The notes under the pieces: generated by a model
What the model was told of the DNA's origin: nothing
Databases searched by the model: none
What the model saw: only the letters and a program-made list of their open reading frames with translations
Source of the DNA: an uncultured Bacteroidales bacterium
Lineage (GTDB): Bacteria; Bacteroidota; Bacteroidia; Bacteroidales; CHK158-818
DNA: 64,000 nt
Assembly (NCBI GenBank): GCA_949300615.1
Contig: CASGEW010000003.1
Span: forward strand, 1,133-65,132
Direction: 5' to 3'
Program-made: the position numbers and the translations under genes
Part shown: positions 15,941-24,139 of the stretch, piece by piece
Numbering within the stretch: position 1 is the stretch's first letter
Layout: each line of letters starts with the position of its first letter

Positions 15941-16957
15941 TCAAATTGTATTCCGGAACATTACTTTTGAAATATTATGTATCTGTTTTATCTTTCTCCG
16001 TTTGATCAACACAGCAGCCTGCTCTCCCATCCATTCAAAATCGGTCGTTATGGTGGTAACACCTCCCAACAAAACCTCCTTCAACGGAGTATCGTCAAAA
16101 CTCAACAATCCAATATCCCGACCTACCTGCAACTTCTTTGCTTGCATGGTTTTGATAACGCCGGCCAAATCCCGGTCAGAAATAGCCATATAACACTTTC
16201 CCTTTGCTATTTTTGAGAAATCAAATCCCCGATAGATATGCAACGGTATCTTGAAATCTTCGGAAAAACGTCTCATGCCGGCTACCAGCGAATCCGGAAT
16301 AAACTGAAACTGATCATTGTAAACGACATTCAACGATTCGTATCTACGCAATTTATCGAGCAACGACCTCAAACCGACATACACATCTTCGGCAAAACTC
16401 TGATAAACGGCTGCATACTCCTCTCCCAATTCCTGCGGAAGAGCATCCAACAACAGCACCCGAGAAGGCGGCAACAAACGGATGGCATCGGTTACATCTA
16501 CATTAAAATGAGGCATCAATACAAAATAGCCGTATGCGGAACGGTTTTCTTCTATCAAGGATCGGAACAACTTTTCGTTGTAATAATGAAATGCAATATC
16601 TATCTCATAATTTCGGCCCAAATGTTTTACCAACGACCGATACAAGGTCTCCTTGTATTGGTTCATGGCATCGAAAAGAAGAAAAACTTTCAAAATGGTT
16701 TTTGTCCTGCATGAATTTACGTAGAATCCTTTCCCGGGACGAGAAACGACAACTCCCCGCTGTTGCAATGCGTCGTATGCAGCCAGAACCGTATCCCTGG
16801 ATACTCCAAAATTTTTACTTGCCTGACTCACGGATGGCAATTTAGCCCCTACCAAGATTTTTTTCGCGCGAATCGCTTCCGCCAGGAACTCTTCCAACTG
16901 CTTGCTTTTTAATTCTTTTGAGAAATTATCTACTTTAAATTCGAGAAAAGGAATCAT
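15941..16957 (-). CDS. GntR-family HTH regulator fused to a periplasmic-binding-protein type I (LacI-like) sugar-sensor domain
   Basis: 338 aa. The winged-helix motif is LPSVSQASKNFGVSRDTVLAAYDALQQRGVVVSRPGKGFYV. A PBP1-like alpha/beta domain of about 250 aa follows. It is the first gene of the glycosidase operon. Confidence 0.8.
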   Translation of the reverse strand: MIPFLEFKVDNFSKELKSKQLEEFLAEAIRAKKILVGAKLPSVSQASKNFGVSRDTVLAAYDALQQRGVVVSRPGKGFYVNSCRTKTILKVFLLFDAMNQYKETLYRSLVKHLGRNYEIDIAFHYYNEKLFRSLIEENRSAYGYFVLMPHFNVDVTDAIRLLPPSRVLLLDALPQELGEEYAAVYQSFAEDVYVGLRSLLDKLRRYESLNVVYNDQFQFIPDSLVAGMRRFSEDFKIPLHIYRGFDFSKIAKGKCYMAISDRDLAGVIKTMQAKKLQVGRDIGLLSFDDTPLKEVLLGGVTTITTDFEWMGEQAAVLIKRRKIKQIHNISKVMFRNTI

Positions 16958-17057
16958 AGAAATAATAACTTATAAAACAAATAGATAACAAATTTTCATT
17001 ATGACCCGTCCTGATACAAAGGAAAGAAAATATTTTATATAAAACAAAATAATATAC

Positions 17058-17546
17058 CTATTTTTTCAAACAGGTATTTATCAACTGTTCCATATAGCGT
17101 CGTGCTTTGTCTCGATCAGTTCCATCAGGCGACCACGGGGCGAAATTTTCTGAGGACAACGGGGCGTAAGGACCCTCTTTTACTTCATAAATGACCGTAC
17201 CCGATTCCAATACGACAATCGTATGCCAAAGCCCGGGAGATACCTCCATACCATAAACTCCTTCGGAAGGCGATAATACGGTATGCTCTACCACCTCCCC
17301 GTCATCATCAAAAACGATCGACAACAACCGACCTCTCAACACGATAATCGCATCCACCTTATCGGGGTTCAAATGCCGATGCGGCCTCACATACGACCCC
17401 GGTTCAACAGCATTCAACAAACGATTCAACGGCTCTCGTTCGGACACATGAAAATTATGATTCATCCGAAGGCGTACACTTTCTTTCGCCTTTTGCGTTG
17501 TACGATCCAACAGCGCAGCATCAATTACGGTTACTCCCTGTCCCAT
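17058..17546 (-). CDS. WbuC-family cupin-fold metalloprotein
   Basis: 162 aa with the cupin core YVRPHRH...GLWHTIVVLESGTVIYEVKEGPY, typical of WbuC-like proteins. Confidence 0.7.
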   Translation of the reverse strand: MGQGVTVIDAALLDRTTQKAKESVRLRMNHNFHVSEREPLNRLLNAVEPGSYVRPHRHLNPDKVDAIIVLRGRLLSIVFDDDGEVVEHTVLSPSEGVYGMEVSPGLWHTIVVLESGTVIYEVKEGPYAPLSSENFAPWSPDGTDRDKARRYMEQLINTCLKK

Positions 17547-17678
17547 TTTCCCTAATTATATTTAATTTAAAAAGATGTGCAAGATAACAAATTATCGGGT
17601 ATAAACAACAAACAAACCAATAACGGATCTTTTCCCATCCCTAAATTAAAAATAACCGGATAAACAATGCAAATAAAT

Positions 17679-17709
17679 TTTGCGTTATACTAAAAAATGC
17701 AGATATTTG
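17679..17709 (+). promoter_or_regulatory. Near-consensus promoter for the GH39-like gene
   Basis: TTTG (17679-17682), a 19-nt spacer, then GATATTTG (17702-17709; the first T of TAnnTTTG is replaced). It ends 26 nt upstream of the ATG at 17735. Confidence 0.3.
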
Positions 17710-17734
17710 TTAATCTCAAATAATTCGTACAATC

Positions 17735-19405
17735 ATGTTCAGATATATGCTTTCATGCTGGTTCTCCGTATTGTGCCTTTCCTTCACTATTGCTGCATAC
17801 GCCGATACGATTTCCAACCGAAATTGCCCAATCGAATTTGAAATCAATGCATCAAAAAAGGGGGCTACGGTTACCAATGTAGCAAGCAACATAAATGTAT
17901 GGGATTACCGGACATGGTTAGGGAACAAAGAGAAAGACTTTCCCGGCTATTTCAGGAAATATATGCCGTTTGTCAAATATGTACAATTGATGATGGCTGC
18001 CGGGGGAAACGCCGAACGGGACCTGTTCAACAACCCGCTCGACAGGGACACTTTAACTGATTACAACTTTTCTAAATTGATTGAGGCGTGCCGCAACATT
18101 ACCAAACAGGGATTGATTCCCCACTTAAAAATAGGAAACGTTCCGTTGAAATTCACTACAAATCCTAAAATCAGTTCAGCATTCGGGGTAAACATCCTGC
18201 CTCCCGATTCATACGATGTATGGCACCGCTATGTAATGGAGCTGGGGAAAGCATTGGTAAAGGAATTTGGCAGAAAGAATGTAAAAAATTGGAGGTTCGG
18301 CGTGTTGACAGAATACGAAAACAAAGATTGGTTTTCGGTAAACGACGACCCGCAGGCAACTCAAACAGCCTACTTCAAACTATACGACTATACGGTCGAT
18401 GCCCTGCAAAAATCAATCGACCCGGAAATCTTCGTGGGAGGACACAGCATGACCGTTTCGGAAGGGTTGTGGGACGAACGCGATTTTATTTCGCATTGCT
18501 CCTCCGGGACAAACTTTTGTACCGGGCAACAAGGTACCCGATTATGCTACCTCTCCTCTTCCTACTATGACAAGACTCCCGGCCGATATGCCGATAAATC
18601 GCTGGTCGAATGTATCTCTCTGTTGCGGGAACACGCAAGGAAAGAGGGATTCAACGACTTGATATACGGCGTTGACGAAGGGCGAATATTGCAGGGGACG
18701 GACCACAAAGATTTGGTTCCCCGTGCCATTGGCAATACGTGGCAGGCGGCATACGATGCCCGGATGTTTAAAACATTGATCGATCACGACATAGACTATT
18801 TCAGCCACTGGGCATTTACCACCAGGGGATTGTGGGGAGGCATCCCTTCGGTATCGCTACACACGGCCAACCTGTTTTACACGTTAACTGGAAATATCCG
18901 TGTGGCTACCGAAAACCTGTCGCTAACACAGTCTCCCTTTGACAAAGAGATTGCCAATACCGATTGTATTGCAGCCATCGACAAACGAAAAGGAAATTTG
19001 TACCTGATGTTTTACGCCTATTCAGATTCTGTTTTTGAGAAAAAAAAGCGTACCATCTCCTGCCGGATCGAAGGGTTGAACAAAAATGTACGTCATGCCA
19101 TCATCACCCGTACACTCGTCAGCGACGATTCCAACTTCTTTGACGAATGGGAACAGGATCAACAAAAACGGCACATTACCGACGATGATTTCGGCTGGTC
19201 AAAAAGCAGTTTCGTCATAGATCGTCCAACATTGAAAAAACGACAACACATCGACTACTTCCGCGGTCGGGAATCGTTTTACGGACGCTGCTCCGAATTA
19301 AAACCCCAAACCTCCTCCATCGACCTTAATGAAGGTAGTGCAACATTGTCATTTTCTCTCCCCGTACACGGTGTTGTCCTGTACGAAATAGAGAACGTAC
19401 TATAA
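17735..19405 (+). CDS. Secreted GH39-like clan GH-A glycosidase with a non-canonical acid/base motif
   Basis: 556 aa with a signal peptide. The N-terminal half resembles the GH39 (beta/alpha)8 layout: VKYVQLMMAAGG, YNFSKLIEACRNITKQGLIPHLKIGNVP. WRFGVLTEYEN occupies the position of the W-x-F-E-x-W-N-E-P block. Confidence 0.45.
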   Translation: MFRYMLSCWFSVLCLSFTIAAYADTISNRNCPIEFEINASKKGATVTNVASNINVWDYRTWLGNKEKDFPGYFRKYMPFVKYVQLMMAAGGNAERDLFNNPLDRDTLTDYNFSKLIEACRNITKQGLIPHLKIGNVPLKFTTNPKISSAFGVNILPPDSYDVWHRYVMELGKALVKEFGRKNVKNWRFGVLTEYENKDWFSVNDDPQATQTAYFKLYDYTVDALQKSIDPEIFVGGHSMTVSEGLWDERDFISHCSSGTNFCTGQQGTRLCYLSSSYYDKTPGRYADKSLVECISLLREHARKEGFNDLIYGVDEGRILQGTDHKDLVPRAIGNTWQAAYDARMFKTLIDHDIDYFSHWAFTTRGLWGGIPSVSLHTANLFYTLTGNIRVATENLSLTQSPFDKEIANTDCIAAIDKRKGNLYLMFYAYSDSVFEKKKRTISCRIEGLNKNVRHAIITRTLVSDDSNFFDEWEQDQQKRHITDDDFGWSKSSFVIDRPTLKKRQHIDYFRGRESFYGRCSELKPQTSSIDLNEGSATLSFSLPVHGVVLYEIENVL

Positions 19406-19471
19406 AAACATGAGGCCCTGAAAAGACATTTCAAGCCCCCTTGTCAGCTTAATCCCATACGCAAAAAACGA

Positions 19472-20635
19472 TTATAAGTTTCGGTCATCCGGATAGAGCA
19501 GATATTGCTTGCGCATCTGTTTGTAGGCGGCCAGTTGCGGTTGCCACCGTTGTTTTATCTGTGCCTCGGTTTTCCCGGCCAATATATCGTAACGTGTCTG
19601 TTTACAACCCATAAGCAGGTCGAAAAATGAGACCCGCGAAATAAACGAATCGTCGCCCCATATCCGCAAAAAATCCAACAGATATTTCAGAGACAGTCCT
19701 CCCTCTACCTCTATATGGCGCAGATCCAGCCCATAGCACAATTTGTTTTTTTGCAGCGGGTTGCTGTCAAATCCCTTCATGGCTACCGGGGTAAAAGTAA
19801 AGTTCCCGAATTTTTTATCGGGATACCCCAGCACCTGGAACGGGAACTCGGTTCCCCGCCCTACACTGATGTTGGTAGCCTCAAAAAAACACAACGAGGG
19901 GTAGAGTTTTACGGCCTGGTCGTTAGGCAGATTGGGTGAGGGACGAACCGGCAGACTGTATGGATCGCCGTGTTTCCAACCCGACATCCGTATCACGTGC
20001 AACGGATAATCTTCTTTTCCATCCCATTTCTCTCCACGGATCATACACGCCAGCTCGCCTACGGTGAGCCCATGCAAGACGGGGACGGAAACAGCTCCGA
20101 CGAACGATTTGAGCGAATCCGAAATAATGGGGCCGTCCACGTAATCGTTGGGATTGGGACGGTCGAGTACCAGCATCTCCTTATGATGCTCGGAACAAGC
20201 CTTCATGGCATAAAACATGGTACTGATGTAGGTATAAAAACGGGTCCCGACATCCTGTATATCGAAAATAAGCAGGTCTATGTCCGCCAACTGCTCAGCC
20301 GTCGGCTTTCGATTTTTTCCATATAACGAAATAACGGGCAATCCCGTTTTCACATCCCGCTCATCATCCACCTTCTCTCCGGCCGCCGCCTGTCCGCGGA
20401 AACCGTGTTCGGGAGCAAAAATTTTTTTGATATTCACCCCCCGAGCAACCAATGTATCCAACAGGTGAACCGAAGAACCCGACAGCAAAGAGGTGTGGTT
20501 CACGATAATACCGACGCGTTTACCGTCGGTTTGTTTCAGGATTTCACCTATCTTGTCGGCTCCCATCCGTATCTGGGCAACAGAAACTCCACAAACAAAA
20601 GACAGGAAACAGAATAAAAAACAAAGCCTTTTCAT
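19472..20635 (-). CDS. namZ: DUF1343 / NamZ-type exo-beta-N-acetylmuramidase
   Basis: DUF1343 motifs GIIVNHTS, FAPEHGFRG and LPVISLYG are present. I prefer ATG 20635 (MKRLCFLFCFLSFVCGVSVAQ signal), although the upstream ATG at 20659 is possible. Confidence 0.8.
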   Translation of the reverse strand: MKRLCFLFCFLSFVCGVSVAQIRMGADKIGEILKQTDGKRVGIIVNHTSLLSGSSVHLLDTLVARGVNIKKIFAPEHGFRGQAAAGEKVDDERDVKTGLPVISLYGKNRKPTAEQLADIDLLIFDIQDVGTRFYTYISTMFYAMKACSEHHKEMLVLDRPNPNDYVDGPIISDSLKSFVGAVSVPVLHGLTVGELACMIRGEKWDGKEDYPLHVIRMSGWKHGDPYSLPVRPSPNLPNDQAVKLYPSLCFFEATNISVGRGTEFPFQVLGYPDKKFGNFTFTPVAMKGFDSNPLQKNKLCYGLDLRHIEVEGGLSLKYLLDFLRIWGDDSFISRVSFFDLLMGCKQTRYDILAGKTEAQIKQRWQPQLAAYKQMRKQYLLYPDDRNL

Positions 20636-20688
20636 AAAAATGGTTGTTGGGATAATCATTTACATCAAAAAAAAGAGTTATACTTGTA

Positions 20689-20696
20689 CAAAAATA
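20689..20696 (-). promoter_or_regulatory. -7 box (TATTTTTG on the minus strand) upstream of namZ
   Basis: Plus-strand CAAAAATA at 20689-20696. No -33 TTTG lies at the right spacing. Confidence 0.3.
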
Positions 20697-20720
20697 GCAT
20701 TTATACCTGTTTTCATCCAC

Positions 20721-21260
20721 ATGGAACCTCAAAAATTAATTGATAAATATTACCACGACAACCTCCCGTTAAAAGAGATTCTACTTAAACACAGCCGACT
20801 TGTTACTGAAAAAGCGCTCTCTATTGCCCGTAACCATCCGGAACTACACGCCGACATTCCGTTCCTTGCAGAAGCAGCCATGCTACACGATATCGGCATT
20901 TTCCTCACCTCTGCCCCCTTCATCCAATGCATCGGCGAAAAACCGTACATCTGCCACGGATACTTGGGGCGGGAACTGTTGGACAAAGAAGGTTTCCCTC
21001 GACATGGGCTTGTCTGCGAACGGCATACGGGGACAGGACTTTCGCCCGAAGATATCCGACAACAATCCCTGCCTCTCCCCCTGCGGGATATGCGCCCGAT
21101 AAGCATCGAGGAGCAGATCATCTGTTTCGCCGATAAATTTTTCTCCAAATCGGGCGACCAAAAAGAAAAAAGTATTGAAAAAATCATCAAAGGACTCAGT
21201 AAATACGGGACAGAATCGGTGGATAGGTTTACAGCCTGGTGTTCAGTATTTCTGGCATAA
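20721..21260 (+). CDS. HD-domain phosphohydrolase
   Basis: 179 aa from ATG 20721 (MEPQKLIDKYY...) with the HD motif AAMLHDIG. The longer ORF from 20493 overlaps namZ and its promoter region. Confidence 0.75.
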   Translation: MEPQKLIDKYYHDNLPLKEILLKHSRLVTEKALSIARNHPELHADIPFLAEAAMLHDIGIFLTSAPFIQCIGEKPYICHGYLGRELLDKEGFPRHGLVCERHTGTGLSPEDIRQQSLPLPLRDMRPISIEEQIICFADKFFSKSGDQKEKSIEKIIKGLSKYGTESVDRFTAWCSVFLA

Positions 21261-21307
21261 AAGATATTAATTTAGCTAATTAAATCGGGAAGTTAGGGTA
21301 ATTTGTG

Positions 21308-21315
21308 TATTTTTG
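21308..21315 (+). promoter_or_regulatory. -7 box TATTTTTG upstream of the LptD-like gene
   Basis: A perfect TAnnTTTG lies 28 nt before ATG 21343. It overlaps the TTG start proposed in the ORF track, which argues for the 21343 start. Confidence 0.4.
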
Positions 21316-21342
21316 CAGACTGATATCTTAGTAGGATTGCGA

Positions 21343-24120
21343 ATGTCTTCAACAAAAAACGGCATATATATAACCATATTCTCCTTAATATGTACTTTAT
21401 TGCTTGTCAATCTGGGGATTACTCAATCGAGAGCCAATTCCGGGAGAGGGAGTATATCGGCCGTATTCCTGCAAGAAGATTCTATACGCACCCGAACAGA
21501 CTCACTTACAAGCGACACACTGGCAACCGATACCGTGCCACGCAAGAAATCGGCATTAGAAGCTCCTGTCAATTACAAAGCCGAAGACTCCATCGTCATC
21601 GACGCCGCCAACATAGCCACCCTCTACGGGAAAGGAGAAGTTACCTACAAGGACATCAAGCTCAATGCCGATTACATTACCATGAAATTCGACAGCAGCC
21701 TGGTATATGCCGAAGGGCGTCCGGACAGTATCGGAGAAATTGTTGGAACCCCCGTCTTTCAAGACAAAAGCGGACAATACGAATCCTCTACCCTGCAATA
21801 CAATTTCGATACCGAAAAGGGATACATCACCAACATCATTACCCAACAGGGCGAAGGGTACCTGACCGGCGGCCAAACCAAGAAAATGAAAGACAACGAA
21901 TATTTCATGAAAAGCGGCCGCTATACCACCTGCGACAACCATGAGTGTCCGCACTTCTATTTCCAGCTAACCAAAGCCAAAGTGGTTCCCAAAAAGAATA
22001 TTGTAACCGGGCCAGCATATCTGGTACTGGCCGATGTGCCGCTACCGTTGGCCGTCCCATTCGGATTCTTTCCATTCTCGACAAGCTATCAATCCGGGAT
22101 CATCGTACCGACATTCGGGGACGAATCTACCCGGGGATTCTATCTGCGCGATGGAGGATATTACTTTGCTATTAACGACCACATTGATTTAGCCCTAACC
22201 GGAGAGATCTACACCAAAGGCTCTTGGGGGTTGAATGCCCAATCAGCCTACATCAAACGATACAAATATTCGGGGAACTTCAATCTCGGATACTTGACTA
22301 CCATTACGGGAGACAAAGGGATGCCCGATTACACCAAACAAACCAACTTCCGCTTAATGTGGACGCACCAACAAGATGCCAAAGCCAACCCCAACATGAC
22401 ACTATCGGCCAGCGTAAATTTCACTACAAGCGGTTACTCGCGCAATAACCTGAACAGTTATTACGACCCCGGACAATTTACCGAAAACACCAAAAGTTCT
22501 ACGGTAAACATGACCTACAACTTTCCCAATTCTCCGTTCAGCATATCGACAACCGCCAACATCACTCAGCGAACAAAAGATTCTACGATAGCGGTATCGT
22601 TCCCAGACCTTACGTTAAGTATGAACCGCATCTATCCGTTTAAAAGGAAACACGCCGTCGGCTCAGAACGCTGGTACGAGAAAATCAGCATGAACTATAC
22701 CGGATTATTCCGTAATTCCATCGAGACCAACCAAGACAAGTTTTTAAAATCGAACCTTATTAAAGACTGGAAAAACGGGATGCAACACAATGTTCCCATA
22801 TCAGCCACCTTCTCTATCTTTAAATATTTGAACATATCCCCCTCTTTCAACATAACAGACCGCATGTACACCAATAAGATCATGCGCGAATGGGATACAC
22901 AAAACTCCCGGGAGACAATGGATACCGTTTATGGCTTTTATAACGTTTACAACTTTCAGGCAAGCGTCAGCGCACAAACCAAATTGTACGGGTTTTACAC
23001 TCCATTGCCGTTCTTAGGGAAAAAGATACAGGCCATACGACACGTATTAACTCCAAGCTTGACATTCAGTGCAGCCCCGGATTTCAGTGATCCCCGGTTC
23101 GGATCGTGGGATAAATACACCTATACAAATAGTTTGGGAGAGGTCGTGGAAAAAAAATATTCTCCTTTTTCCAACGGTCTGTTCGGTACCACCTCACAAG
23201 GGAAACAAGGGGTTGTCTCGTTAAGCCTCGGCAACAACTTGGAGATGAAAGTAAACCGAAAACAGGGCGATTCCATACAAAGCAAAAAAATCAGTTTGAT
23301 TGAAAACTTCACTACCGGTATCAGTTATAATATGGCTGCCGACTCCATGAATTGGAGTAACATCAACACAAAAATACTGATCAAGCTGACTAAAAACTTC
23401 AATCTGCAAGCAGATGCAACGTTCGATACCTATACATACAAGCTAAACGAATCTGGATCTCCCGTTCGGGTAAATGTCCCCCGATGGAAAGCCGGGAAAG
23501 GGTTGGGACGTTTATCAAGTACCGGAACATCCTTTTCATACACCTTCAAAAACGACACCTTTAAAAACTGGTTCGGAGGGGGGAAAAAGAAAAAGTCCGG
23601 GAATAGCGCAAACAACGAGAACGAACCATCCCCCTCCCCCGACGAAACATTGGCAAACTCTGAACAGGCGTTTGATACCTCGAATCAGGACAACGATCCC
23701 AACAGAGGAAGCGATGAAAATACAGATATGCAATTCAGCGAAGACGGATATATGGTATGGGAGGTACCCTGGTCTCTATCGCTAAACTACTCTATCAACG
23801 TAGGTTATGGGACTTTCAACAAAAAGAAGCTGGAATACGATTACCAAATTACCCAGAGTTTAGGGTTCTCTGGTACCATATCTCCTACCAAAGGCTGGTC
23901 TGCCAGTTTTTCGGGGAACTACGATTTCGACCTGAAAAAGATTTCCTATATGTCCTGTACCGTCAATCGCGACCTGCACTGTTGGACCATGGGGATCAGC
24001 TTTATCCCGGTAGGCCCCTATAAGTCGTACAACTTCAATATTGCCGTCAAATCGTCCCTGTTGAAAGACTTCAAATACAACAAACGCGGCAGTCCTTACG
24101 ACCAGGTAAATTGGTACTAA
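21343..24120 (+). CDS. lptD: LptD/OstA-like outer-membrane LPS-assembly protein
   Basis: About 925 aa. The N-terminal OstA-like beta-jellyroll includes YKAEDSIVIDAANIATLYGKGEVTYKDIKLNADYI. A very long beta-barrel region rich in alternating aromatic residues follows. Confidence 0.7.
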   Translation: MSSTKNGIYITIFSLICTLLLVNLGITQSRANSGRGSISAVFLQEDSIRTRTDSLTSDTLATDTVPRKKSALEAPVNYKAEDSIVIDAANIATLYGKGEVTYKDIKLNADYITMKFDSSLVYAEGRPDSIGEIVGTPVFQDKSGQYESSTLQYNFDTEKGYITNIITQQGEGYLTGGQTKKMKDNEYFMKSGRYTTCDNHECPHFYFQLTKAKVVPKKNIVTGPAYLVLADVPLPLAVPFGFFPFSTSYQSGIIVPTFGDESTRGFYLRDGGYYFAINDHIDLALTGEIYTKGSWGLNAQSAYIKRYKYSGNFNLGYLTTITGDKGMPDYTKQTNFRLMWTHQQDAKANPNMTLSASVNFTTSGYSRNNLNSYYDPGQFTENTKSSTVNMTYNFPNSPFSISTTANITQRTKDSTIAVSFPDLTLSMNRIYPFKRKHAVGSERWYEKISMNYTGLFRNSIETNQDKFLKSNLIKDWKNGMQHNVPISATFSIFKYLNISPSFNITDRMYTNKIMREWDTQNSRETMDTVYGFYNVYNFQASVSAQTKLYGFYTPLPFLGKKIQAIRHVLTPSLTFSAAPDFSDPRFGSWDKYTYTNSLGEVVEKKYSPFSNGLFGTTSQGKQGVVSLSLGNNLEMKVNRKQGDSIQSKKISLIENFTTGISYNMAADSMNWSNINTKILIKLTKNFNLQADATFDTYTYKLNESGSPVRVNVPRWKAGKGLGRLSSTGTSFSYTFKNDTFKNWFGGGKKKKSGNSANNENEPSPSPDETLANSEQAFDTSNQDNDPNRGSDENTDMQFSEDGYMVWEVPWSLSLNYSINVGYGTFNKKKLEYDYQITQSLGFSGTISPTKGWSASFSGNYDFDLKKISYMSCTVNRDLHCWTMGISFIPVGPYKSYNFNIAVKSSLLKDFKYNKRGSPYDQVNWY

Positions 24121-24139
24121 TATTACACCTTTTATTTAA

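Noticed and set aside
15927-15944. Track start positions that are TTG codons: 15944, and likewise 21313 and 40141
   Set aside because: Each has a downstream ATG that begins a canonical signal peptide. At 21313 the TTG lies inside the predicted -7 promoter box.
6581-19405. The idea that the glycan locus is a horizontally acquired island
   Set aside because: There are no flanking tRNA, integrase, transposase or direct repeats. Spot checks of base composition by eye did not show a convincing difference from neighbouring housekeeping genes. A proper GC and codon-usage calculation would be needed.
20493-20720. A 76-aa N-terminal extension of the HD-domain ORF
   Set aside because: It overlaps the namZ 5' end and promoter region. 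The HD protein family starts near MEPQKLIDKYY.
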